Virus record (IMG/VR): IMGVR_UViG_3300033412_000052 | Coordinates: 1-28,917 of that record | From: a virus | Lineage: Duplodnaviria; Caudoviricetes | DNA length: 28,917 bases | Direction: 5' to 3' (one strand) | Part shown: piece after piece, positions 8,566-17,639 of the stretch | How positions within the stretch are numbered: the stretch's first letter is position 1 | Layout of the letters: each line of letters opens with the position of its first letter | Program-made: the position numbers and the translations under genes | The notes under the pieces: generated by a model | The model's input: the letters and a program-made list of their open reading frames with translations, nothing else | Database searches by the model: none | What the model was told of the DNA's origin: nothing

Positions 8566-11500
8566 TCACTGTTGCGACGCTGGCACCGCATTCCGGAGCA
8601 GGATCGGCGCGCGATTGACCCGCGCCACCCGTTTCGGCTGCTGCCCATAGAACAGATTCACCGCTTCCTTGCCCGCACGCGCCTCCCGAGCGGCGCCGAG
8701 ACCGCGCTGCAGCGCCTCACCAGCGAGCGCGCCAGGCAGACCATGCGCCCCCAGACCGATCATTGCGCCGACATGGCTCGAGGCCTTCTTGGCGATCTTG
8801 GCCAGCATCGGTGCGGTGCCGGACGGATTCGTCACGCCCTTGAGCGGCACCATCCGGCGGTAGACACCCGCCAGCTTGCGCATTTCGGCCTGTTCCGCAT
8901 CCGTGAACAGCACCCGCGCCAGCGGCCGCCCGCTTTCGTTCAGAAATTCGGAGATGCGCTGCGCCAGCGCCTGCGGCCCGAGCTCGGTTTTGCCCTCGCC
9001 CGCATTCGTCAACTTCTCCCACATGCCCTGCCGCACCGACGTCCACCCTTCCGGCGACAGTCGCCCCTTGAGCGCGAGCGCCAGACGTTGCGAAAATCCC
9101 TTGTCACCCTTCCCGGAGCGCGAATAGAGCATGTCAACGACCTCCCCAGGCGAGGCCGGCGGATGCCCATCGGCACCCGAGATGCGCGCAATTGACCGCT
9201 CGACATCATTCGCCGGCGCCGCGCGCGGGGCCGTGGTCCGCAGCGACTGCGCATAACGCGACATCTGCCCCCGCTCCGTTGCCGAAAGCGCGCTGCTGCG
9301 GCCGAGGCTGCTGTGCAGGAATTCGTCAATCCGCGTCGCGCGCTTGATCGGATCGAGGGACGCGTCGTCGACATAGTGGAACAGGCCCTGTTTCCACTGC
9401 GCCCATTCCGGCGAATTCTCGCCGAGGATGTTCCGCAGCCGCAGCGCCACCTTGACCGAGTTGCCGGTGCCGGGCCGGCTTTCCGGCCCATAGGCCAGTT
9501 TCAGGATATCTTCTGGCGTCGCCGCATTGTCGGAGTAGCGCCCGAGGATCTTCTCGACCGCGCGGCCGACCTCGTCGCCAGGACCGCGGCTCGAGAAGGT
9601 CTGTCGGTATTCCGCATGCGCCGCGCGCGCCTCCGATTGCAGCCGCTGCGCGAGCTCCGCGTCGCCCGAGAACTTGCCGCCCTTGATCGCATCCTCGATC
9701 GAGTTGTCGAACTCATGGAGGATTTTCGCCATCGCCCGCATGTCCGACTTGTCGCCGGAGCGGATCGCTGCCGATTTGGCATCGCCGTACATCGTGACCA
9801 GCCGCTTGCGCGCCTCGTCCATCGTGCGCAAGTCGACCGGCTTAGCCGCAGCCTGCTGCGCCGGCGAGAGCAGCGGTCGATCGCCCGGGAAATCGCTGGC
9901 CGCGCGCTCCGCTGCGATCGCATCCTCGTGCTCAAGCTGCCGAAACGCCGTCTCGACCGCATCATCGGCCGCCATGCCCTCGTCGCGCATCAGCGCAATG
10001 GCACGCTCTTTCATCTGCGGCCCGAGCTCGCCGTGCCCAGCCGCCCGCAGATCCTCCTCAATTCCTTGCGTGATCCGATCCGACGCCGAGCGATCCGCAG
10101 CCGACTGCGCCACGACCGCCTTTTTGCTCACCGCGCCGGAATGCCCCTCCGGATAGAGCTTTTGGCCACGCAATTCGGCGTCAATCGCGTCCAGGAACTG
10201 CGTTGGCGTCGATGTGCCGCCATGCTCGCCGCGCAAATAGCCGGCCTCTTCCGCCGCTTCCCGCATACGGTCGATGTTCTCGCCATTCTTCCGAACCGTG
10301 CCAAAGAACCCGCTCTGACCTGGTACCTGCGTCCGGTGCCCTTGATTCAGACCAATCGCCTCAAGTTCCGGATGCGGCGCCAAACCACCTTTTGCCGCGA
10401 TGAATTCGAGCAGACTACGCGGCGCCGACTTGCCGGCAGCGACAATGCCATGTTGCCGCGCATAGGCGTCCGCGACGCTATCGCCAAACTTCGCCCGAAG
10501 CGCCGCCACCGTCACATCTTCCGCCGATGGGGCCGCCGCCGCCGCAGCTGCCGGCGCACCCTTCACCGCCGCCGCGGGAGCCGCGTCCGCCGGCGCCAGC
10601 GACGCCGCATTGCGGAACATGCCGGAATTCTTGCCGATCGTCTCATCGATCAGCTTCAAAGCCTTGTTCGCCGTCGATTCGTTGGTCGGATCGACCCAAA
10701 CCGGATTGTCCCCAGAGTTGAGCCGCGTGCGGATATCTTCCGCCAATCCCTGCGGAACGCTCTCATCAAACGTGCCGGGCACCGCATCCCGCGCATCATA
10801 AGCCGCCCGCGTCCGCGCCACCGCCGCGTCACGCCGCGCGGCAACAGCGGCCCCGGTATTCCCCGCCGCATCAAACGGGGAAACCGGAGCCCTGCCGCCC
10901 GCTAGGTCGCTGGCAAGTTGTGCACCCTCTACCTGCGCCTGCGAACCCCTCACCGCCTCGGCGGCCGCGCGTGCCTGCTCTTGCTGCGCCAACTCGGCCT
11001 GTATTGCCACTCCAGCGTCCTGCGGCGCCGTGCGCGCGCTCGCGCCCGTCGGATCAAGGCCGCTGCCGATCACCTCGCGCGCCTGCCCGATCGCCCGCTG
11101 CGCCTCATCGTCGGCCGCCTTGGCAACCGCCTCCGCCGACTCGCCCGCCGCGCCGCGCCGGATGATCTCCTCGCGCGCCTGCACCGCAGGATCTGCCGAA
11201 ACCTGCCCCTGCGTCAGGGGAACATCGACCCCAGCCACCCGCTCAACATTCTGCGCCACCGGCACCGGTGGACTGCGCAGATCGCGCGCCGCCTGCACCA
11301 GCCTACCGACGCCCTTGCCGACGAGCGGCGCCGCCGCGCCCAGCACGCCGCCGACCTCGGCCGCATGGATCGGATCCTCGCCCCGCGTCGTCGCGTCGGC
11401 CGCGCTCAAAGCCGCCTGCGAGGCCGCCCCGCGCGTCGCCATCTCGCGCAGCGTGCCGGTCAGGCCGAAGGCTTTCGGTGCGGCCATCATCGCCGGCAGC

Positions 11501-11883
11501 GATCCGGCGACGCCGCCCACTACCTTCGCGGCCGTGTCGACGACAGGATGCTGCGCAGCAAACTCCTCATCCATTGCATTCTGCTGCGCCAGCGACTTTG
11601 CCCGCCGCTCCGACCAGGAGCCCTCGAGCCGGTCTTTCTTGTCGAACAACGGGTTGAGGATTGGCGCCAATGTGGCATTCGTCACGGCCTCCGCCTGATT
11701 AAGCAGCCCGCCGACCACCGGAACACCAGTTGCGGCCGAGCGCGCCACCTTGTTTGCCGTCACGCCGCTATCAGCGGCCGGACCGCCGAAATTCTTGGTC
11801 ATCACACCGGAAATCGTCGCCTGATCGGTGCCGTCAGGGAAATCGACGCTTGATCCGTCCGGGCCTTGAACCACGATTGTCAT
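8566..11883 (-). CDS. Large internal virion/DNA ejection protein (1105 aa)
   Basis: N-terminal V.GPDG..V.FPDGT motif. Ala/Gly-rich helical sequence with hydrophobic segments, C-terminal NPSGTA motif. Third ejection gene position in a podovirus layout. Confidence 0.75.
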   Translation of the reverse strand: MTIVVQGPDGSSVDFPDGTDQATISGVMTKNFGGPAADSGVTANKVARSAATGVPVVGGLLNQAEAVTNATLAPILNPLFDKKDRLEGSWSERRAKSLAQQNAMDEEFAAQHPVVDTAAKVVGGVAGSLPAMMAAPKAFGLTGTLREMATRGAASQAALSAADATTRGEDPIHAAEVGGVLGAAAPLVGKGVGRLVQAARDLRSPPVPVAQNVERVAGVDVPLTQGQVSADPAVQAREEIIRRGAAGESAEAVAKAADDEAQRAIGQAREVIGSGLDPTGASARTAPQDAGVAIQAELAQQEQARAAAEAVRGSQAQVEGAQLASDLAGGRAPVSPFDAAGNTGAAVAARRDAAVARTRAAYDARDAVPGTFDESVPQGLAEDIRTRLNSGDNPVWVDPTNESTANKALKLIDETIGKNSGMFRNAASLAPADAAPAAAVKGAPAAAAAAAPSAEDVTVAALRAKFGDSVADAYARQHGIVAAGKSAPRSLLEFIAAKGGLAPHPELEAIGLNQGHRTQVPGQSGFFGTVRKNGENIDRMREAAEEAGYLRGEHGGTSTPTQFLDAIDAELRGQKLYPEGHSGAVSKKAVVAQSAADRSASDRITQGIEEDLRAAGHGELGPQMKERAIALMRDEGMAADDAVETAFRQLEHEDAIAAERAASDFPGDRPLLSPAQQAAAKPVDLRTMDEARKRLVTMYGDAKSAAIRSGDKSDMRAMAKILHEFDNSIEDAIKGGKFSGDAELAQRLQSEARAAHAEYRQTFSSRGPGDEVGRAVEKILGRYSDNAATPEDILKLAYGPESRPGTGNSVKVALRLRNILGENSPEWAQWKQGLFHYVDDASLDPIKRATRIDEFLHSSLGRSSALSATERGQMSRYAQSLRTTAPRAAPANDVERSIARISGADGHPPASPGEVVDMLYSRSGKGDKGFSQRLALALKGRLSPEGWTSVRQGMWEKLTNAGEGKTELGPQALAQRISEFLNESGRPLARVLFTDAEQAEMRKLAGVYRRMVPLKGVTNPSGTAPMLAKIAKKASSHVGAMIGLGAHGLPGALAGEALQRGLGAAREARAGKEAVNLFYGQQPKRVARVNRAPILLRNAVPASQQ

Positions 11884-12377
11884 GACGACCTCGCAAACTC
11901 ACCAAACGACCGCGCCGCAGCCGCCACATACGCCGAATGACCAGATGCCGCATCATCAAACAGGCCAAGACAGGTTTGCCGCCGGTTCACATATATGCGC
12001 GCCAGCCACTTCCCGGATCGCTTGTGAAAGCAAACTCCTTTAAAACCGCTCGTATTATCGGCGCGGATGCTCGTGTTCTGCGAATTCTGCGCTTTCGTCG
12101 CCTCTCGCAAATTGCCCCACCTATTATTCATTTTGTCCAAGTCTTCATGGTCGATGTCGAGCGGATCGCATCCAGTTACCATTTTCCAAATGACGCGATG
12201 GAGTCGATAGCGCGAGCCATCAACACTCACTCGCAGATAGCCGGTACTTGTAACGTCCCCGACGACGCTGCCGGCCGCCATTCTAGCCGCGGCAATTTTC
12301 CTACGCACAACCCCGGTCGCTGGATCGTACGAAAATAACTCAATCAATCGTTCCCGCGCTGGAATCTGTTTCTTCAT
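11880..12377 (-). CDS. Free-standing HNH homing endonuclease with AP2-like domain
   Basis: ATG 12377 overlaps the upstream stop (ATGA). YRLHRVIW...G....DIDHED.DK.NNRW.NLREAT..QN..N, NTSGFKGV.FHK..GKW.ARI, LG.FD....FGEFAR. Confidence 0.92.
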   Translation of the reverse strand: MKKQIPARERLIELFSYDPATGVVRRKIAAARMAAGSVVGDVTSTGYLRVSVDGSRYRLHRVIWKMVTGCDPLDIDHEDLDKMNNRWGNLREATKAQNSQNTSIRADNTSGFKGVCFHKRSGKWLARIYVNRRQTCLGLFDDAASGHSAYVAAAARSFGEFARSS

Positions 12378-14167
12378 TTCGGCACCAGCGCTCCGGTTTT
12401 CGGATCCCACACATACGCGCCGGGCTTCACCGGAGCACCCGCCGTCGGCGCCACGGTCTCACCCGCCGCACGCTTGCGAATCTTCTCCAATTCCTCCGCG
12501 CTATGCTTCTGTACGATCGGAAACTCGGACCCCGCCTCCGACATCATCTTTTTCCAGCCGGCCGGACCGACGCCGTTCTGATATTTGCCTTGCAGCGCGT
12601 TGATCTTCGACTGCATCAATTCGGCTTGTTCGAGGATAGCCGCGCGCCGCGCCTCCGGCGACTGCCCGGGCGTCAGGATGCTGAGAGCTCGATCGATATC
12701 CGATTTGTTGCCGCCCACGCCGCGATAGAACTTCGTGGCCTCTTCCACGAACCGATCCTCGGCCGACTTATAGGCCGCCAGGTCAGGATTGTTTTTGAGC
12801 TCCTCCGCCTTGACGTTCGCCCAATTCACAAGGCCGTTCAGTATCCAGGCCTTGTTCGTGCCACCGAGTTTCTCCGCGAGCTCGCTCATGCGGCCGAGAT
12901 GCTGAATCGCCGTGTTGCCGTTCGTGATGATCGACGCCGGCGAATTCGGACCGCCAGAGGTGAACTCCTTGATAGACGCGGCGCGCGGCGCATAGAGCGA
13001 TGGCCGATAATCCGGATCGGCTTGAGACGCCAGCGCGATCAGGCGCTCACGATTGCCGTTCTTGGCCGAGAGCTTTCCGGGATCAAGGTCATAATTGATC
13101 AACTGCCGGACCAACTGCCGATCCTGCCCGTCCGGAATGGCGCTGAGAAACTCATCGCCAGTTTTCCCGGCCGCAGCCGCCTCGGCCGCAGGATCATGAG
13201 CCGGCCCCGACTGCCCGGGCAGCGGCCGCAGCGTGCCGTCCATCTCGTTTTGCTGCATGAAGGTCTTGCGACCCTGCGCGTCCTGACCAGTCTGCACGAC
13301 CTTCCATTTGTCCTTGCCGAGATACTCGCCGAGCAGCGCCTTGACCGCCTCCGGACCGCCGAGCATTGCCGCCTGCACCTCCGCCGGCTTGGCGCCCCTC
13401 GAGGCCAGCAACCGCGCCGTCGCGTTGCCCTGTTGCGCCTGCAACGCCTTGGCCTCGCGATCCTTGAGGATGTTCTGCGTCACCGACATATCGCCGCGCA
13501 GCGCCGCCCCCGCGCCCATCAGCGCCGGCGCGAATCCCTTCAAGCGATCCATGAATGAGGGCTCAACCGCCTGTTGCGCCACTTGTGGAGGCACCAGCGG
13601 CACCGGAGGCCCAGCCGGACCCGGCGCGCGAGACTGCGAACTGACGTCCGTTGGCGTCCCCACCAGCGGAGCCGCAGCCATATCCTGCGCCCGCGTGATC
13701 TTCGCAGCCAATTCGGCCGAAGGAGGCACCGGAGGCGAGGCCGGCGCACCAGGAGCGCCAGGCGCGGCCGCGGGAGCGCCGACCGTTGTCGCGCCGAACT
13801 GCGCGAGATTGGGCACCGTTCCGAAAGCCGAACCATCCGGAGCCCCCGCCGGCATCGCGCCGGGAAAACCGGTGCCGGCCGGAGCCTGATCCATCGCCAA
13901 TTGCACGCCGGCGCTGTTGACGTCCGGGATGCCGAAAGGCGCATACGGTGCCGTCTGCCCGCCGCCGAAATTGCGCGTCAGGCCGGCCGCGTTCCGCCGC
14001 GCGGACGCCTCGTTCTCTGCCGCCTGTTTCGCCTCGATATCAGCCCAGATTTTCGCCGGATCGGTCTCTGCAACCTTCGGCACATCGGGGAATGGATTGG
14101 CTGGCGCCGGCGCGAACGGCGCCCCGCCAGTTTGCAGCGAAGAAACAACATCCTCTAGCCAGCCCAT
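12374..14167 (-). CDS. Internal virion/DNA ejection protein (597 aa)
   Basis: Pro/Ala-rich N-terminal half, helical C-terminal half, terminal YVWDPKTG.L motif. Second gene in the ejection block. Confidence 0.7.
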   Translation of the reverse strand: MGWLEDVVSSLQTGGAPFAPAPANPFPDVPKVAETDPAKIWADIEAKQAAENEASARRNAAGLTRNFGGGQTAPYAPFGIPDVNSAGVQLAMDQAPAGTGFPGAMPAGAPDGSAFGTVPNLAQFGATTVGAPAAAPGAPGAPASPPVPPSAELAAKITRAQDMAAAPLVGTPTDVSSQSRAPGPAGPPVPLVPPQVAQQAVEPSFMDRLKGFAPALMGAGAALRGDMSVTQNILKDREAKALQAQQGNATARLLASRGAKPAEVQAAMLGGPEAVKALLGEYLGKDKWKVVQTGQDAQGRKTFMQQNEMDGTLRPLPGQSGPAHDPAAEAAAAGKTGDEFLSAIPDGQDRQLVRQLINYDLDPGKLSAKNGNRERLIALASQADPDYRPSLYAPRAASIKEFTSGGPNSPASIITNGNTAIQHLGRMSELAEKLGGTNKAWILNGLVNWANVKAEELKNNPDLAAYKSAEDRFVEEATKFYRGVGGNKSDIDRALSILTPGQSPEARRAAILEQAELMQSKINALQGKYQNGVGPAGWKKMMSEAGSEFPIVQKHSAEELEKIRKRAAGETVAPTAGAPVKPGAYVWDPKTGALVPK

Positions 14168-15271
14168 CTATGCCGCCCTCGCCAATGCGCCGACCCGAGC
14201 CGCGGGCGCCAGCGCCCTGCCATAGTCGACATGCTTCATGCCGCCGATCTCGCGCACCGCATCCGGGTCGCGCCGCTCGACCTCCTGCGCCATGAGGCCG
14301 ATTTCGGTTTTCGGCGACCCCTTGTAGCGGAACGAATAGACGTTCTGCCCATCATGCAGCGCGCCGACCTTGCGCACGTCGGTTTTCGCGCGCCGGTCCG
14401 ACAGCGCCATGAGCGAGCCAAGGCCACTGAGCCAGGAGCCGCCGAGTTGCGTGCCCTGAGACAGCGAGCTCATCAGCGAAGGCGTCGACGTCTGCGTGCC
14501 CTGCGACGTCCCCGACGAGGTGGTGCCGAGACCCGCCAGCGCCGTCGACGGCTGCAACAGCGCCGAGAGATTGGCATAGGGCAGCGAATAGGCCGCATTC
14601 GCCGCGCCGAGTTGCGCCAAGCCGCCGCCGGTCGCCAGCCCGGGGATCGATCCGGCGGCCGTCAGACCGGCAACGCCGTTCGTGAGCCCCTGCTGATTCA
14701 GTGCATTGATGCCAGTCGCAGTATTGTTCGCCCCCGACATCAGCGCGCTATTCGCGTTCATCAGGTTTCCGACGTTCGCATTGAACTGGCTCGCGATCGT
14801 CGGCGAGATGCCCTGCGTAATGCCGCGGCCGAGCGACTGCGCAAACGAACCCGCGCCCGACGGATCGCGCCCCGACCCGGCATAGACACCCTTCACCGCG
14901 TTCGTTGTGTCGGCGATCGCTGTCTTGATCGCGTCCGAGAAACCGGGCGTGTCATAGGGATTCGTGCTGCCGCTCGCGATCGGCGAGAGGTTGGCCTTTT
15001 GCGTGTCATAGGCGGTCTGCAACATGCCGACTTGCGGCGCCGTGTTCGTGTTGAACAGATTGCTGATCGCCGTCGACGCCTGCGGCACGAAGTTCGGCAA
15101 ATTGGAGGTGGCTTGGTTCAGATTGGCCAGCGCGGTCGACTGCTGCCCCGTGACATCAGTGCTCTGATTTCCATATTTCGAAATCAGATTGTTCACCAGC
15201 GGCAACGCCGCCGCCCACGGCTGCGATTGGCTGCTCTGCGTTTGCTGCGTCGTCGATGTGCTATCGGTCAT
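14168..15271 (-). CDS. DNA ejection/pilot protein with C-terminal peptidase S74 (intramolecular chaperone) domain
   Basis: Ser/Thr/Gln N-terminus (STSTTQQTQSS..PW), NPY motif, and C-terminal SDRRAK.D...VG....G..VY.FRY.......IGLMAQEVE...PDAV....G.K.VDY. Confidence 0.8.
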   Translation of the reverse strand: MTDSTSTTQQTQSSQSQPWAAALPLVNNLISKYGNQSTDVTGQQSTALANLNQATSNLPNFVPQASTAISNLFNTNTAPQVGMLQTAYDTQKANLSPIASGSTNPYDTPGFSDAIKTAIADTTNAVKGVYAGSGRDPSGAGSFAQSLGRGITQGISPTIASQFNANVGNLMNANSALMSGANNTATGINALNQQGLTNGVAGLTAAGSIPGLATGGGLAQLGAANAAYSLPYANLSALLQPSTALAGLGTTSSGTSQGTQTSTPSLMSSLSQGTQLGGSWLSGLGSLMALSDRRAKTDVRKVGALHDGQNVYSFRYKGSPKTEIGLMAQEVERRDPDAVREIGGMKHVDYGRALAPAARVGALARAA

Positions 15272-15684
15272 ATTGATTTTTCCAGTTGCACAGTCCGAAC
15301 CCGATATCCCTCATCGCCGAGCACGCGCTCCCAACCGCGCCGCCCCTGGATGATCGTTCTAACACAGCCCTCCGCCTTCGCGTAGGCCTCGAGCCGGCCG
15401 ATGAAATGCAGCCAATTCGCCATGTGCTCACCCGAGCATTGACAGATCCAGCACACGAGGCCGCCGCGCATCGGCACCAGTCGCGTCGTCGCCACCGAGA
15501 CGATGTTCGCCGTCTCCTGCTCCGCCGCACACCACACCACAACTTTTGCCGCTTTCACGTCGTCGAGGAAATCGTCCGGCATGAGCGACGCGCCGGCATC
15601 GAACCCGCGCTCGAGCATCGGGCGCAACACGCCCCACATCGCGACGACGGCATCAGGAGGAAGCGCAGCCAGACCAATTCCCAC
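15268..15684 (-). CDS. GNAT-like phage protein (138 aa)
   Basis: GTG 15684 with GGGAGG RBS. GE.M..W......LE.YAKAEGC......GRRGWERVL...GY motif, typical of the gene preceding podoviral ejection proteins. Confidence 0.7.
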   Translation of the reverse strand: MGIGLAALPPDAVVAMWGVLRPMLERGFDAGASLMPDDFLDDVKAAKVVVWCAAEQETANIVSVATTRLVPMRGGLVCWICQCSGEHMANWLHFIGRLEAYAKAEGCVRTIIQGRRGWERVLGDEGYRVRTVQLEKSI

Positions 15685-15685
15685 A

Positions 15686-16000
15686 TCAGCCTCCCGTGAC
15701 CGTATATCCAAAGGTCCGCGCCGCGCCCGATGCACTATGCGTGATCGTAAACGAACCATTTGAGACCGCCGACACATAGACTGTACCAGCCCCCATCTCC
15801 GCCGCCGCCGCCGCGTTTCGCGCCGTGATCTGCGGCGAGCAATCGGCGCCGCAGTTTGGATGGCTGACCACCGTCGTCGTCGCCGCACCCGTGGCCAGCG
15901 TCACCGTGCCCGCAGCATTGTGTCGGCCCTCGACAAGCTGAATCACCGCCTGCACGATGCGCCAGATTGCCGTTTCAGTCGGGAGGAGTTGGATGGCCAT
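15686..16000 (-). CDS. Small putative tail structural protein (104 aa)
   Basis: G..NA.GTVTL..GA..T.V...... and G.FTITH......RTF.Y beta-rich motif. Located in the tail module. Confidence 0.7.
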   Translation of the reverse strand: MAIQLLPTETAIWRIVQAVIQLVEGRHNAAGTVTLATGAATTTVVSHPNCGADCSPQITARNAAAAAEMGAGTVYVSAVSNGSFTITHSASGAARTFGYTVTGG

Positions 16001-16001
16001 C

Positions 16002-17639
16002 CTATTTGCCCTGCGCCTTCGCCAACGATTTCAAATATGCCTGATAGAGTGACGGATAATCCTCCTCGATCTTGAGGATTTCATGCGACTCCGGCTTCCA
16101 CCCCTCATTGATGACGCGCCCATTACCCATCTCGCGCGTCGCCGAATTCGGGACCAGATAAACCGTGTCGCCAGCCTTCGGAGCAAGTTTTTGATCAACG
16201 ATGTTTCGGGGCGCGCCACCACGATACGGCGGCATAGTATTGACATTCCCGCTTTTTCTGAATCCATCCGCGGCGATCCGTGATGCGATCTCATCCGCAT
16301 TGCCACCAACGCGCCCGCGCAAATCAAGATGCTGACTGTATCGGTCATAAAATTGCTTTTCGGTAAGCGGCTTCTGCGGAATCGACATTTGCGGACCTCG
16401 CGATGCTGCAGCGCCCTCCAATGACCCAACTCTACCACCACCGAACAGCCGCGACATGATCGGCCGCGCATCCATGCCGGCCGTCTCCCACGGCGGTTTC
16501 GCCTTGAGCTCTGCCGGCGTCATGTCGCGCCGCGCCTGCACGTTGCGCGCCTCGATCTCGCCGGGCAATTCATAATAAAGCTGCCGCGGCGTGAACCCCG
16601 ACACGCTCTTATCTGTGCCATAGAGTTCCATCACCTTTTGCAGCGTCTCCGCTGGATTACCTTCGACATCGTGCGCGACAGATCGCGCCTCCTGCGATGG
16701 AAACCAGTCCGGCGCGCCAGCATCCTCATAGCGCTTGCGGATAATCTCGTCCTTTTGCTTTGGCGTCAGTTTGGGATCCAGCCCCTCGAGTTCGCGCCGA
16801 TAAGACAATGCTGAGCGCGCCAATTGCGCATCATCGGACTGCGAGAACATCGAGGGACTGCCGCCACTGGCAAACCCCTCGCGCTCCTGGATGGCGTGCT
16901 GCACCTCATGGAGGGCGACAGACCGAGCGGCCGGCGCGTTCGGCGCCTGTATATTGATCTGCTCATCACGTCCAAAGGTGCGCGCGTCACCATGCGCACG
17001 GGGCTGATATGACCCACCCTCACCAGCCGTCTTTTCCGTCATGCCGGTAATCCGACGCAAGTCCGGATAGGCTTGATAGAGCGGCTTATGCCAGAGTTGC
17101 CCAGCGATCGGGCTCATGTCCCCATTCGGCAGGCCGTTATCATGCCAACTCTGATTCATCTGCGAATGATAGTCGGGAATCTCAAATCGCCACTTGTCAT
17201 CGCCGCCCTTAAACCAGCCGGTTTGATCCCAGATCGCCTTGCGGCCGGCGCCGGCGGCATGCATTTCCTCCGCCTTCGCCAGCGCACCCCGATCGGCCGT
17301 AGCCGCAAGGCGCCCACCAAACACCCCGACCGCTCCCGACGGCGCGAACGGCGTCGACGCACCAGCCAGATTCAGCGCGGCACCGGCACCCCAATCCCGT
17401 GCTCCCTTCTCGCGCGTGTCCTCATAATAGTGCCACTCCTCGCTCCCATACGGATAGGGATTGGCCTGCGAAAGCTGCGCGGGCCCGCGCACCGTGTCGA
17501 CTGCACCTTTCGCCGTGTTGAGCAGCACCTTGACCAGCGCCTGCCCGAGTGGCCCCTGATAGGTCTCCGGCGACATGGCTTGCTCATCCGGCGAAAGATC
17601 GCCAGGACCGCCGACCATGCCAAACGGAATATCGGCCAT
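16002..17639 (-). CDS. Polyvalent protein: LPD23-like domain + HExxH zincin metallopeptidase-like domain + uncharacterised C-terminal domain
   Basis: IWDQTGWFKGGDDKWRFEIPD (LPD23-like), H..LY.AYPDL, SVALHEVQHAIQEREGFASGGS, Y..LPGEIEARNVQAR. Start is ATG 17639 or GTG 17642, overlapping the nozzle stop. Confidence 0.8.
   Translation of the reverse strand: MADIPFGMVGGPGDLSPDEQAMSPETYQGPLGQALVKVLLNTAKGAVDTVRGPAQLSQANPYPYGSEEWHYYEDTREKGARDWGAGAALNLAGASTPFAPSGAVGVFGGRLAATADRGALAKAEEMHAAGAGRKAIWDQTGWFKGGDDKWRFEIPDYHSQMNQSWHDNGLPNGDMSPIAGQLWHKPLYQAYPDLRRITGMTEKTAGEGGSYQPRAHGDARTFGRDEQINIQAPNAPAARSVALHEVQHAIQEREGFASGGSPSMFSQSDDAQLARSALSYRRELEGLDPKLTPKQKDEIIRKRYEDAGAPDWFPSQEARSVAHDVEGNPAETLQKVMELYGTDKSVSGFTPRQLYYELPGEIEARNVQARRDMTPAELKAKPPWETAGMDARPIMSRLFGGGRVGSLEGAAASRGPQMSIPQKPLTEKQFYDRYSQHLDLRGRVGGNADEIASRIAADGFRKSGNVNTMPPYRGGAPRNIVDQKLAPKAGDTVYLVPNSATREMGNGRVINEGWKPESHEILKIEEDYPSLYQAYLKSLAKAQGK

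Noticed and set aside
7946-12377. Group I intron or split-gene interpretation of the HNH inserts
   Set aside because: Flanking ORFs have their own starts and stops with tight overlaps, and there is too little non-coding sequence for a ribozyme core.
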